DNA of 64,000 nucleotides from Spirochaetia bacterium (lineage in GTDB: Bacteria > Spirochaetota > Spirochaetia > SZUA-6 > Bin103): assembly GCA_965199955.1 (NCBI GenBank), contig CBDATQ010000002.1, forward strand, positions 1 through 64,000, read 5' to 3'. Positions 33,501-42,070 of this stretch are shown here, piece after piece. The position numbers and the translations under genes were made by a program. Below the pieces are notes generated by a model. The model ran no database searches. It saw only the letters and a list, made by a program, of their open reading frames with translations, and was not told the DNA's origin. Positions within the stretch are counted from its first letter, which is position 1. The number at the start of each line of letters is the position of its first letter.

Positions 33501-33617
33501 CAGGTCACACTGGTGGACTTCCGCGAGCAGGAGCGCGGCGCGCCGAGGCAGCTCGACGAGACGACCTGCGCCATCGACTACGCCCCATACCAGGTCGTCA
33601 GCATCCTGGTGCGGTGA
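30588..33617 (+). CDS. Alpha-mannosidase, GH38
   Basis: HAHIDVVWLW, WIPDVFG (nucleophile), GDGGGG, GELYME.HRG and QFHD.LPGS motifs; ATGA overlap with zwf. Confidence 0.9.
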   Translation: MSRRPMHSLYGAMGRRLNPLAQLVADRLARIQANVDRSIWARRELLAVEGSPVTDEMLDGGQAAALAYTSVTPGEHFGAPHGGWSHRWFRVRIPDALEGERGRRFLRWKCQGETTAFIDGVPWAGLDPGHPTCPLPDAAATLHLDTATWQTGIWASPPPEPIGPYGLRFDFAELRIRDLAAWDLKWDLDALRQLSDLLIRDEDAAVDASGHGYRPAFDDVSPLLRRLMRGIDTCCDAWVSGGVEAMRAAARALLAALPAESWQPEAALIGHAHIDVVWLWPEFATRHKNVHSFATQLRMLDAYPEMVFAHSTPAVYRAVQEDAPALIPQIKRQIAAGRWELMGGFEVEPDVNMPAGEALARSAVYGNRFIAAFTGAPSEVCWIPDVFGYSNCLPQILRLAGISGFYTTKITWSQVSRFPYSSFVWRGSDAESEVVAHLATTGYNGQVRLEENRRALRRHRQLDVHDALLIGTGLGDGGGGPSEAEAERARRFRDLAGAPRHAWRTSACFFAELARVRDRLPVFQGELYMEAHRGVLTSQAEYKRLYRACEVALQTREALRVADGGAPLGEQAWLRVLFGQFHDALPGSSIARVYEDLEAEFARILSREEEATAAELANGGDAVAFNPLPVHRRVYLADRDLLLDLPPLGTAPLAEAPGSHAAVAAEPTRLDNGIVQASFDVDGQLAGLAVDGRRLELNGAAGLRLGHDDPHNYDAWEIDHYTAATMTPVADRLRLAAGHRGRREMLAAHAAIGDSSRATVRYLLDPGSRWLLIEVDVDWQEEHRLLRYHLPTGYRGRTATFGAPFGSIERPQLPGRPEDEAMWEVAGSRWAAVHDDDGTGLAVLTEAKYGFHCFDGELGVSLLKAARHPDPAADVGRHTIRFAVGRHEPATLGAGPDAVLSTACAADALFAPVPMTGSGAARPSPFVLEQPGSLCPAWVLPSETGRGYVIRLHETAGRRGTAKLRLARPAEQVTLVDFREQERGAPRQLDETTCAIDYAPYQVVSILVR

Positions 33618-33687
33618 TCCTGACTCCAGCACTGGGGAGACGATAGACCGGCCGGGGGACGTTGGGGTCGAGGTTCGGTGATGAGAG

Positions 33688-33716
33688 TTGGAGCTTGAGC
33701 GGTCAGAGAGTACACT
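33688..33716 (+). promoter_or_regulatory. Candidate sigma70 promoter for the peptide ABC cluster
   Basis: TTGGAG-17 bp-TACACT, followed by SD AAGGAG and ATG at 33749. Confidence 0.45.
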
Positions 33717-33748
33717 GCAGCAACCTGCCGAGAAGGAGCTCTCTTCCG

Positions 33749-35458
33749 ATGACAAAACTACGAACGCTGACTTTGGCGGCAGCAGCCGTCCTCACGCTGG
33801 CCTCCACGGCCGGCGCCGATCGCGGCACCGACGGCGAGCTGAAGATGCTCTACTGGCAGGCGCCGTCCATCCTCAACCCGTACCTGTCGGGCGGCACCAA
33901 GGACATCCACGCGGCCTCGCTGATCCTGGAGCCGCTGGCGCGCTACGACGAGAACGGGGGCATGGTGCCGTGGCTGGCCGCCGGGATTCCCACGCTCGAC
34001 AACGGCGGGGTGGCGCAGGACCTGATGTCGATCACCTGGACGCTGCGCGACGACGTGGTGTGGTCCGACGGCACGCCGTTCACGGCGGAGGACGTCGCCT
34101 TCACGGCGGCCTACTGCATGGACCCGACGGGCGGCTGCAGATCGGCCGCCGCGTTCCAGGGGGTCGCCGGCGTCGAGGCGGTCGACGCGCACACCCTGCG
34201 GATCGATTTCGATGGGCCGATGCCGTTCCCGTACGCGCCGTTCGTCGGCTCGATCGTTCCGGTGCTGCAGAAGCGGCAGTTCGAAGACTGCACGGGCGCC
34301 CGGGCGCCGGAGTGCACGGACCAGAACTTCGCGCCTGTCGGCACCGGCCCGTTCATGGTGGACGAGTTCCGCCCCAACGACGTGGTGCGTTACGTCGTCA
34401 ACGAGCGCTACCGCAACGCCGATCAGCCGGTCTTCTCCTCGGTCCTGCTCAAGGGCGGCGGAGACGCCGTGTCGGCTGCCCGCGCGGTGCTGGTGACCGG
34501 TGAGTTCGACTACGCCTGGAACCTGCAGGTCGAGCCGGAGATCCTGGCCGACATGGAGCAGGAGGGCAGGGGCGAGGTGATCACCGCGTTCGGGACCCTG
34601 GTCGAGCGCCTGGTGATCAACAAGACCAATCCCGACTCGTCGCTCGGCGACACCCGCTCCACCCACCAGGACGGCGCCAACCCGCACCCGTTCCTGTCCG
34701 ATCCGGTGGTGGTGCGCGCCCTGTCTCTGGCCATCGACCGGGAGATCCTGGTCGACGCCGGCTACGGTGCCGCGGGACGGGTGACGTGCAACATCCTCCC
34801 CGCGCCGCTGGTGTATGCATCGACCGCCAACGACTGGTGCATGACGCAGGATGTCGAGGAGGCCAACCGGCTCCTGGACGAGGCTGGCTGGGAGCGGGGC
34901 CGGGACGGCGTTCGCGCCAAGGACGGCGTGCGTCTGTCGATTCTCTACCAGACTTCGACCAACTCGGTCCGCCAGGGCACCCAGGCGCTGATCAAGCAGA
35001 TGTGGCGGGAGATCGGCGTGGAGACCGAGCTGCGCAACATCAGCGCATCGGTGTTCTTCGGCAGCGATCCGGCCAGCCCCGACACCTACCAGAAGTTCTA
35101 CGCGGACATCCAGATGTACACCAGCAACTTCGACGGCACCGACCCGCAGGCCTACATGGCCGGATGGATCTGCGACAAGATCCCGGGGCCGGACAACCAG
35201 TGGAACGACAGCAACATCTCCCGCTACTGCAACCCGGAGTACGACGCGCTGTCGGCGGAGTTTGCCGAGACGGCCGGGATCGAGCAGCGTGCGGAGATCG
35301 CCAAGCGGATGAACGACCTGTTGATCGCCGACGGAGTCATAGTCCCCCTGATCGACCGTGGCGAGGTCGCCGCACGGGCGCTCTCGCTCGGCGGGGTCCG
35401 GCACAACGTCTGGGACGCCACCCTGTGGAACATCAACGAGTGGCATCGTACCGAGTGA
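33749..35458 (+). CDS. Peptide ABC substrate-binding protein, family 5
   Basis: Signal peptide; WQAPSILNPYLSGGTKD, WSDGTPFTAEDV, GTGPF and ALSLAIDR motifs. Confidence 0.93.
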   Translation: MTKLRTLTLAAAAVLTLASTAGADRGTDGELKMLYWQAPSILNPYLSGGTKDIHAASLILEPLARYDENGGMVPWLAAGIPTLDNGGVAQDLMSITWTLRDDVVWSDGTPFTAEDVAFTAAYCMDPTGGCRSAAAFQGVAGVEAVDAHTLRIDFDGPMPFPYAPFVGSIVPVLQKRQFEDCTGARAPECTDQNFAPVGTGPFMVDEFRPNDVVRYVVNERYRNADQPVFSSVLLKGGGDAVSAARAVLVTGEFDYAWNLQVEPEILADMEQEGRGEVITAFGTLVERLVINKTNPDSSLGDTRSTHQDGANPHPFLSDPVVVRALSLAIDREILVDAGYGAAGRVTCNILPAPLVYASTANDWCMTQDVEEANRLLDEAGWERGRDGVRAKDGVRLSILYQTSTNSVRQGTQALIKQMWREIGVETELRNISASVFFGSDPASPDTYQKFYADIQMYTSNFDGTDPQAYMAGWICDKIPGPDNQWNDSNISRYCNPEYDALSAEFAETAGIEQRAEIAKRMNDLLIADGVIVPLIDRGEVAARALSLGGVRHNVWDATLWNINEWHRTE

Positions 35459-35484
35459 GGTGACCTGGGCCGCCCACCCCCGGC

Positions 35485-36498
35485 ATGTTGCGTTACGCGA
35501 TCCGGCGTCTGCTGTTCGCCGTGCCGACGCTGTTGGCGATCAGCTTCATCGTGTTCGCCCTGCTGGACCTGGCGCCCGGTGACCCGACCGCCCAGCTTCC
35601 GCTGACGATTCCGCCGGAGGTGCGCGAGCAGATCCGGCAGAGCCTGGGGATCGGCCAGCCGTTTCCGGTGCGCTACCTGCGCTGGTTGCAGCAGTTCCTG
35701 GTGAACGAGCCGCTCAACCTGCTGGAGGCGGTGATCGGCGCCGAGATCGGCGACTCCGGCGCGCGCCTGCGGGTGCGTTCCTGGGCGACCCGCTCACCGG
35801 TGGTGGACCTGGTCGCCGAGCGGGTGCCGCAGACGCTGACCGTGGTAGGCATCTCCTACCTGGTCGCCGTGCTGATCGCGGTGCCGGTCGGGGTGCTGTC
35901 CGCCTACCGCCAGCACTCGATCTTCGACCGGCTGGGGACCGTGGTGACGATGATCGGCTTCTCGGTGCCGACCTTCTTCACCGGGACCGTGCTGATCGTG
36001 ATCTTCAGCGCATCGCTCGGCTGGCTCCCGTCGATCTACGACACCACCCACCGGGTGACCGACCTGGACAGCCTGGTCTACCAAGTGAAGCAGATGATCA
36101 TGCCGGTTCTGGTGTTGGCCCTGTTCAATGCCGCGCAGATCAGCCGCTTCACGCGCTCGGCGGTGCTGGACACCATCCACCAGGAGTACGTGCGCACCGC
36201 CCGCGCCAAGGGGCTCACCGAGCGCGTCGTGGTCCTCATCCACGTGCTGCGCAACAGCATGATCCCGGTGGTCACCGTGATCGCGCTGGGCATTCCCGCG
36301 ACCTTCGCCGGAGCGGTCATCACCGAGCAGATCTTCCGCATCAACGGCATCGGCGCACTGCTGATCGGTGCGATCGAGGGGGCGGACATCCCCACCGTGC
36401 AGACGGTGACCTTCCTCTTCGCGGTGCTGATCGTGACGTTCAACCTGGTCGCGGATCTGCTGTACGGCGTGCTGGACCCGCGCATCCGCTATGACTGA
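35485..36498 (+). CDS. Peptide ABC permease (DppB-like)
   Basis: APGDP, YVRTARAKGL and LDPRIR motifs. Confidence 0.93.
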   Translation: MLRYAIRRLLFAVPTLLAISFIVFALLDLAPGDPTAQLPLTIPPEVREQIRQSLGIGQPFPVRYLRWLQQFLVNEPLNLLEAVIGAEIGDSGARLRVRSWATRSPVVDLVAERVPQTLTVVGISYLVAVLIAVPVGVLSAYRQHSIFDRLGTVVTMIGFSVPTFFTGTVLIVIFSASLGWLPSIYDTTHRVTDLDSLVYQVKQMIMPVLVLALFNAAQISRFTRSAVLDTIHQEYVRTARAKGLTERVVVLIHVLRNSMIPVVTVIALGIPATFAGAVITEQIFRINGIGALLIGAIEGADIPTVQTVTFLFAVLIVTFNLVADLLYGVLDPRIRYD

Positions 36499-37375
36499 GG
36501 CGGTCCGTTCCCGGGCCGCCAGCCGGCTGCGGCGCCACTCCGGAACGATCGCGGGCGCCGCGGTGTTGTCCCTGATCGCGCTGGCGGTGCTGTTCGGGCC
36601 GGCCGTCCACGACGTCGATCCCCAGTACCTGGACTACCGGGCCAAGAACCAGGGCCCGACCCTGGAGCACCCGCTGGGCACCGACAACCTGGGCCGCGAC
36701 ACGCTGGCGCAGTTGCTGGCCGGCGGGCGCATCTCCCTGGCCGTCGGCATGGCCGCGATGCTGCTGTCGTTGACGCTCGGCACGATGGTGGGAGTCACCG
36801 CCGGCTACTTCCACCGGTTCGACGGCCCGCTCATGCGGTTGACCGACCTGTTTCTGGCGTTGCCCGTGCTGCCGCTGCTGCTGGTCACGATGATGCTGTT
36901 CCGAGACCCGCTGCAGTCCGCGCTGGGCACGGAGGCCGGCATCTTCATCCTGATCGTGGCCGTCATCGGCATCACGAGCTGGATGCAGACCGCGCGCATC
37001 GTCCGCGGGCAGGTGCTCGCCATCAAGCAGTGGGAGTACGTGGTGGCCGCGCGCACCATCGGCGCGCGGCCGCTGCGCATCATCCTGCTGCACATCTTTC
37101 CGAACGCCTTGAGCCCCATCGTCGTGGCGGCCACGCTCGGCATCGCGCAGGCGATCATCACGGAGAGCGCGCTGAGCTTCCTGGGCCTGGGGTTTCCGTC
37201 CGACTTCCCGACCTGGGGCCGGCTGCTCTACGACGGCGTGCCGTTCCTGACCCTCACGCCGGCGCGCGTGATCTGGCCGGGAGTGGCGATCTCGCTCACC
37301 GTGCTGAGCGTCAACTACCTTGGCGACGGACTGCGCGACGCGATGGACCCGCACGCCAACTTCGGCGGCGGCTGA
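36491..37375 (+). CDS. Peptide ABC permease (DppC-like)
   Basis: HPLGTDNLGRD, ESALSFLG and GDGLRDAMDP motifs. Confidence 0.93.
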   Translation: MTEAVRSRAASRLRRHSGTIAGAAVLSLIALAVLFGPAVHDVDPQYLDYRAKNQGPTLEHPLGTDNLGRDTLAQLLAGGRISLAVGMAAMLLSLTLGTMVGVTAGYFHRFDGPLMRLTDLFLALPVLPLLLVTMMLFRDPLQSALGTEAGIFILIVAVIGITSWMQTARIVRGQVLAIKQWEYVVAARTIGARPLRIILLHIFPNALSPIVVAATLGIAQAIITESALSFLGLGFPSDFPTWGRLLYDGVPFLTLTPARVIWPGVAISLTVLSVNYLGDGLRDAMDPHANFGGG

Positions 37376-37376
37376 G

Positions 37377-38696
37377 TCAGGCGGTGGACTGGTAGAAGGC
37401 CATGCTGGCGTAGCTGACCAGCGAGCCGGTGTCCGGCTGGCGGTTCTGGCCGTAGGCGAGCAGGGTGCCGTGGCGTGCGCCTCCGTCCAGCAGCGGGTAC
37501 AGGGAGTACAGACCGGACACGGCATCCACGTTGCGGTTATTGCCGCTGGCGGAGAACGAACGCGTGAAGCCGTCCGGGTCGAACCGCTGCGCGTAGTCCA
37601 GCAGGGAGCGATCGGCCTGCTCGCAGGCCGCGGCGCCAGCGTCGTCCACGCGGTCGGCGCCGCCGAACTTGGGGCCGATGTGCGCCAAGTCCACGCTGAG
37701 CAGGTACAGCGCGCGCTTGCCGCTGGCGGCGACCGCCTCGCGTAGAGCCGCAAGCTCGCCTGCGACCTCCGGCGCCTGCAGCGGGTCGGAGCCGTCGAGC
37801 AGGTACGGGTCGACGCTGCCGAGCAGCACCGGCACCACCTCGTACGGCGGCAGGTCGGCGCGTGTCTCGGTGTAGTGCAGGAACAGCAACGGGAACTCCA
37901 CCGAGTGCTCGGTGCGGTGCAGGGCCTGCCGGTCGGTGACGTCGCGGCCGGCGCGGCGCGACCACTCCTCGATCACGCCGCGGCCGGTCGGCGCCTGGCC
38001 GAACGGGGTCGCGTAGTCCTTGTCGGTCGCGATCGCGAACCCCGCGCCCGGCTCCACGCCAGCGTGGTGGGCGACGCCCAGGATGACGTAGAGCTCGATG
38101 GGCTCGGGATCACGCGCCGCGGCAGCCAGCGCCGCGAAAGCCGGCGGATAGATTGCGCCGCCTGCCCGCAGGTCGATGTGCGGGCACATCACGGCCGCCA
38201 GGCATGGTGCGTCCGCGGGCGCAGCCGGGACCGCCGCGGGCTCCATGGACTTGGGGATCGCCGTCTTGGCCTCGACGCAGAACCGGTCGAACATCGCGGC
38301 CAGCTCGCCCGCATCGTCCGGGTACGACTTGCCGGCGTGCCAGGCAGGCCGCACCGTGGCGCGGGCGAACTCCTCCGACACGCGGGCGATGCGCTCGGCC
38401 GCCGCCCGATCGTGCAGGAAGCAGCCGCGGCTCAGCGTGCGCAGCAGCCGGTGGATCTCCGCCGTGTCGATGTCGGCGCCGGGGAGCCGCTCCCGCAGCA
38501 CTTGGCGGACTTGGCCCATCGAGTGCCTCCCATCCAGGCAGGACAGGATCAGCAGCCCCGCGGCGCCGAGCATGATCGGCTGCGGGGCGAACTCCTGCGG
38601 GTCGAGCACGTAGAACGCGCGGGAGCCGTCGTGATCGACGGGGATCACGTCGACGTGACGGACCCGTGGCAGCGGCGGATCGATGGTGTAGCGCAC
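37377..38696 (-). CDS. MEMO1-family (AmmeMemoRadiSam protein B-like) protein with N-terminal extension
   Basis: R.AWHAG.SYP, PHID, LGVAH, TPFG, EHSVE and SVDLAH.G..FG motifs; start placed at GTG (VRYTIDPP). Confidence 0.85.
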   Translation of the reverse strand: MRYTIDPPLPRVRHVDVIPVDHDGSRAFYVLDPQEFAPQPIMLGAAGLLILSCLDGRHSMGQVRQVLRERLPGADIDTAEIHRLLRTLSRGCFLHDRAAAERIARVSEEFARATVRPAWHAGKSYPDDAGELAAMFDRFCVEAKTAIPKSMEPAAVPAAPADAPCLAAVMCPHIDLRAGGAIYPPAFAALAAAARDPEPIELYVILGVAHHAGVEPGAGFAIATDKDYATPFGQAPTGRGVIEEWSRRAGRDVTDRQALHRTEHSVEFPLLFLHYTETRADLPPYEVVPVLLGSVDPYLLDGSDPLQAPEVAGELAALREAVAASGKRALYLLSVDLAHIGPKFGGADRVDDAGAAACEQADRSLLDYAQRFDPDGFTRSFSASGNNRNVDAVSGLYSLYPLLDGGARHGTLLAYGQNRQPDTGSLVSYASMAFYQSTA

Positions 38697-38746
38697 GTGT
38701 GGATTTTCCCGGTCGGAGAGCACGGTACTGAAGTATACTTGGGCGG

Positions 38747-39910
38747 ATGCCAGAACCCTCACAACCCGCTGGCGAGGTCGTGAAAGCCGGCCCGGTCCCG
38801 GCGCAGGGACGGATCACGCATCTCGATGCGCTGCGCGGCGTCGCCGTGTTGGGCATCCTGGTGATGAACGCCGTCTCATACGGCCTCGAACCGGCCGCCT
38901 ACTTCAACCTCAGCGCGGCCAACTCGACGCCGCTCGACTGGATAATCGGCGTTCTGGGCGAGATCGCCGTCGACCAGAAGTTCATGGGCATCTTCTCCAT
39001 CCTGTTCGGCGCTGGGATCGTCCTGTTCTCCGACCGAGCGGCCGACAAGGGAGCCGGCGCGGGCCGGCTCAGCCTGTGGCGCAATCTCCTGCTGTTGGGC
39101 ATCGGCGTGCTGCACATGGCGTTGTGGGACGGCGACATCCTGGTGGTCTACGCCGTCGCCGCACCGTTCCTGATCCTCGCTCGGCGGCTGCCGCCGCGGC
39201 TGCTGTTCGGCGCAGGCGCGGGAATCTATCTCGTCGCTCCCATCCTCAGCGCCCTGTTCCAGACCGGAATCGACGCCGGCGGGCGGCCGTTGGGCGAGAT
39301 CTGGCTCAGCGAGGGAGACACGTCCGATGCCATCTGGTTCTTTCTCGGCTTTCATGCACTCCTGCGCGCCACGGGGATGATGCTGATCGGCGTTGCGCTC
39401 TACCGCACGGGCGTGCTTTCCGGGCAGCGTGCGCGCGGGTGGTATCGGCGAATGGCGTTCCTCGGGCTCGGCGTCGGTCTGCCCCTCGCGGGGCTCGGTG
39501 TGCTGATCGGCGTGCGCAACGACTTTGCGCCGAATACCGCGCTGCTCTCGATGATCCCCAACACGCTCGGGACGATTCCGGCCTCGCTGGGCTGGATCGC
39601 GCTGATCATCCTCTGGAACATGCGAGCGCCGACCGCCCTGCACGGCCGCGTTCGGGCGCTGGGGCAGATGGCGCTGACCAACTACCTCACGCAGACCGTC
39701 CTGGGCATCCTGGCTTTGCGGGTGGCTTTGGGCGGTGTCGACCTGACCCGTACGGCCGTCCTTGGCTTCATCCTCGCGGTGTGGGCCTTGCAGCTCTGGT
39801 GGTCGCAGGCGTGGCTCACCCGGTTCCGTTTCGGACCATGCGAATGGCTCTGGCGCGTCGCGACCTATCGGCGCATGCAGCCGCTGCGCCGCGGAGCTAT
39901 CCCGACTTGA
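38747..39910 (+). CDS. DUF418 (YeiB-like) membrane protein
   Basis: LDALRG.A..GIL..N, KF..IFS.LFG.G, GDIL, GQMALTNYL.Q and GP.EWLWR motifs. Confidence 0.9.
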   Translation: MPEPSQPAGEVVKAGPVPAQGRITHLDALRGVAVLGILVMNAVSYGLEPAAYFNLSAANSTPLDWIIGVLGEIAVDQKFMGIFSILFGAGIVLFSDRAADKGAGAGRLSLWRNLLLLGIGVLHMALWDGDILVVYAVAAPFLILARRLPPRLLFGAGAGIYLVAPILSALFQTGIDAGGRPLGEIWLSEGDTSDAIWFFLGFHALLRATGMMLIGVALYRTGVLSGQRARGWYRRMAFLGLGVGLPLAGLGVLIGVRNDFAPNTALLSMIPNTLGTIPASLGWIALIILWNMRAPTALHGRVRALGQMALTNYLTQTVLGILALRVALGGVDLTRTAVLGFILAVWALQLWWSQAWLTRFRFGPCEWLWRVATYRRMQPLRRGAIPT

Positions 39911-40934
39911 GGTAGGGGATGCCGCTCGCCCTCGGCGCGACGGCGCGGCCGACGAAGCCGGCCAGCAGGAGCACGACCAGGGCGTAGGGCAGCGCCTCGA
40001 TCACGAACGGGGCCGCCGCCACCAGCGCCCTCACCGCACCGGCGGTGCCCTGCAGGTCGAACGCGCCCTGCAGCCGGGCGGCCAGGGCCTCCAGGAACCC
40101 GAACAGCAGGCAGGCCACCAGCGTGCGGCCCGGGCGCCACTTGCCGAAGATCAGGGCGGCCAGCGCGATGAACCCCTTGCCGGCGGTCATGTCGCGGATG
40201 AACGCCGCGGACTGCGCGGTGGCCAGGTAGGCGCCGGCCGCGCCGCACAGCGCTCCGCACAGCAGCACGGCGCGGTAGCGGATCGCGGCCACCGAGATGC
40301 CGGCGGTGTCAACCGCTTCGGGGTTTTCGCCCACCGCACGCAACCGCAGCCCGAAGCGGGTCCGGTAGATCACCCAGAACGCGGCCGGCACGGTCAGGAA
40401 TGCCGCATACACCAGGATGTTGTGGCCGGACAGCATCTCGCCGTACAGGTGGCCGATGACCGGCACCTCCTGCACCGCCTCGGCGCCCGGCCATGTCACC
40501 GGCCGGAACCGCCCCTCCGGCGGGAGCTGCGGCGTCCGCCCCCCTTGTCCGAACCAGGCGCTGGCCAGCAGCACGGTGAGGCCGGCGACGAGGATGTTGA
40601 TCGCCACGCCGGAGACGATCTGGTTGCCGTGGAAGCGGACGCACGCCACGCCGTGCAACAGCGCCAGCAGCATCGCGCAGGCGATGCCGGCCGCCAGCCC
40701 CACCCACGCCGCCGCCGGCAGCAGGGCCGTCAACCCCGCGGCCGCAAGCAGGTCCGAACACACGTACGACGCGGCGGCCGCCGCGAACGCGCCGCCGAGC
40801 ATCTTGCCCTCCAGCCCGATGTCGACGATCCCCGACCGCTCGGAGAACAGCCCCGCCAGAGACGCCAGCACCAAGGGCACCGACACCCGCAACGTGGCGT
40901 CCAGCAGCAGGACGAAGAACCCGAACCCTTCCAT
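39897..40934 (-). CDS. Nucleoside/sugar ABC permease
   Basis: SERSGIVDIGLEG, GLRLRAVGENP and GFIALAALIFGKW motifs. Confidence 0.92.
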   Translation of the reverse strand: MEGFGFFVLLLDATLRVSVPLVLASLAGLFSERSGIVDIGLEGKMLGGAFAAAAASYVCSDLLAAAGLTALLPAAAWVGLAAGIACAMLLALLHGVACVRFHGNQIVSGVAINILVAGLTVLLASAWFGQGGRTPQLPPEGRFRPVTWPGAEAVQEVPVIGHLYGEMLSGHNILVYAAFLTVPAAFWVIYRTRFGLRLRAVGENPEAVDTAGISVAAIRYRAVLLCGALCGAAGAYLATAQSAAFIRDMTAGKGFIALAALIFGKWRPGRTLVACLLFGFLEALAARLQGAFDLQGTAGAVRALVAAAPFVIEALPYALVVLLLAGFVGRAVAPRASGIPYLKSG

Positions 40935-40937
40935 CCG

Positions 40938-42056
40938 CTACGGCTCCGCGGCGGCCCGCCGGCGGCCGCGCAGCCAGGGGAGCAGCACCGGACGGAACAG
41001 GTACTCCAAAGCCCCCACGAACAGGATCACCAGGCCCTGGATCACCACCACCAGCTCGCGGCTCACCTTCGGCATCTCGAACGCCAGCTCGGCGCCCCCC
41101 TGGTACAGAGCCCCGAACAGCAGGCTGGCGACCACGATCCCCAGCGGGTGGTTGCGGCCCATCAGGGAGACGGCGATGCCCACGAACCCGTAGCCGGCGG
41201 TGAAGTTGAGCAGCAACCGGTGGCTGACGCCCATGACCTCGTTCAGCCCCATCATCCCGGCGAGCGCCCCGGAGATCGCCATCGCGCGGACGATGTTCCG
41301 CGACGGCGAGATCCCGGCGTAGACCGCGGCGTCGCTGTTGGCTCCCACGGTCCGCAGCTCGTAGCCCCAGCGCGTGTGCCAGATGAAGATCCACACCAGG
41401 AGCCCACACACCAGCGCCCACGGAAACGCCATGTTGAGCGGCGTGCGCGGAAAGTCGATTCCCAGCCGGCCGAGGACCTCGTGCATCGCCGGCAGCCGGA
41501 CGTGCTCGGCGAAGGAGCGGCTCTGCGGAGACATCTGCCCGGGGTCGATCAGCACGTTCACCAGCAGGTAGACCATCAGCGTGGCGGCCAGGAAGTTGAA
41601 CATGATGGTGGTGATGACGATGTGCGAGCCGCGCCGCGCCTGCAGGTAGCCCGGCACCCACGCCCATACCGCCCCGAACAGGGCGCCGGCCGCGACCGCC
41701 AGGGGCAGCAGGACCACCAGCGGCAGGCCGTCCAGGAACAGGCACACCAGCCCGACGCCCAGGCCGCCCAGGTAGCCCTGGCCCTCGCCGCCGATGTTGA
41801 ACAGGCCGCAGTGCAGGGCGACCGACACGGCCAGCGCGGTGAAGATGAAGTTGGTGGCGTAGTACAGGGTGTAGCCCCACGCCTCGGGAAACCCGAACGC
41901 CCCGCGGGCCAGGACCGCCAGCGCCCGGGTGGGACTCTCGCCGATGATCAGGATGACGATGCCCGCCACCACGAAGGCGGCAAGCAGGTTGACGAGCGGC
42001 AGCACACCGTTGGCGGCCCAGCGCGGCAACCCCCCTTCCGGCACGCCGGCAGCCAC
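40938..42056 (-). CDS. Nucleoside/sugar ABC permease
   Basis: LFNIGGEGQ, GYELRTVGAN and GFVGIAVSLMGRNHP motifs. Confidence 0.92.
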   Translation of the reverse strand: MAAGVPEGGLPRWAANGVLPLVNLLAAFVVAGIVILIIGESPTRALAVLARGAFGFPEAWGYTLYYATNFIFTALAVSVALHCGLFNIGGEGQGYLGGLGVGLVCLFLDGLPLVVLLPLAVAAGALFGAVWAWVPGYLQARRGSHIVITTIMFNFLAATLMVYLLVNVLIDPGQMSPQSRSFAEHVRLPAMHEVLGRLGIDFPRTPLNMAFPWALVCGLLVWIFIWHTRWGYELRTVGANSDAAVYAGISPSRNIVRAMAISGALAGMMGLNEVMGVSHRLLLNFTAGYGFVGIAVSLMGRNHPLGIVVASLLFGALYQGGAELAFEMPKVSRELVVVIQGLVILFVGALEYLFRPVLLPWLRGRRRAAAEP

Positions 42057-42070
42057 GTCAGTCAGGCACC

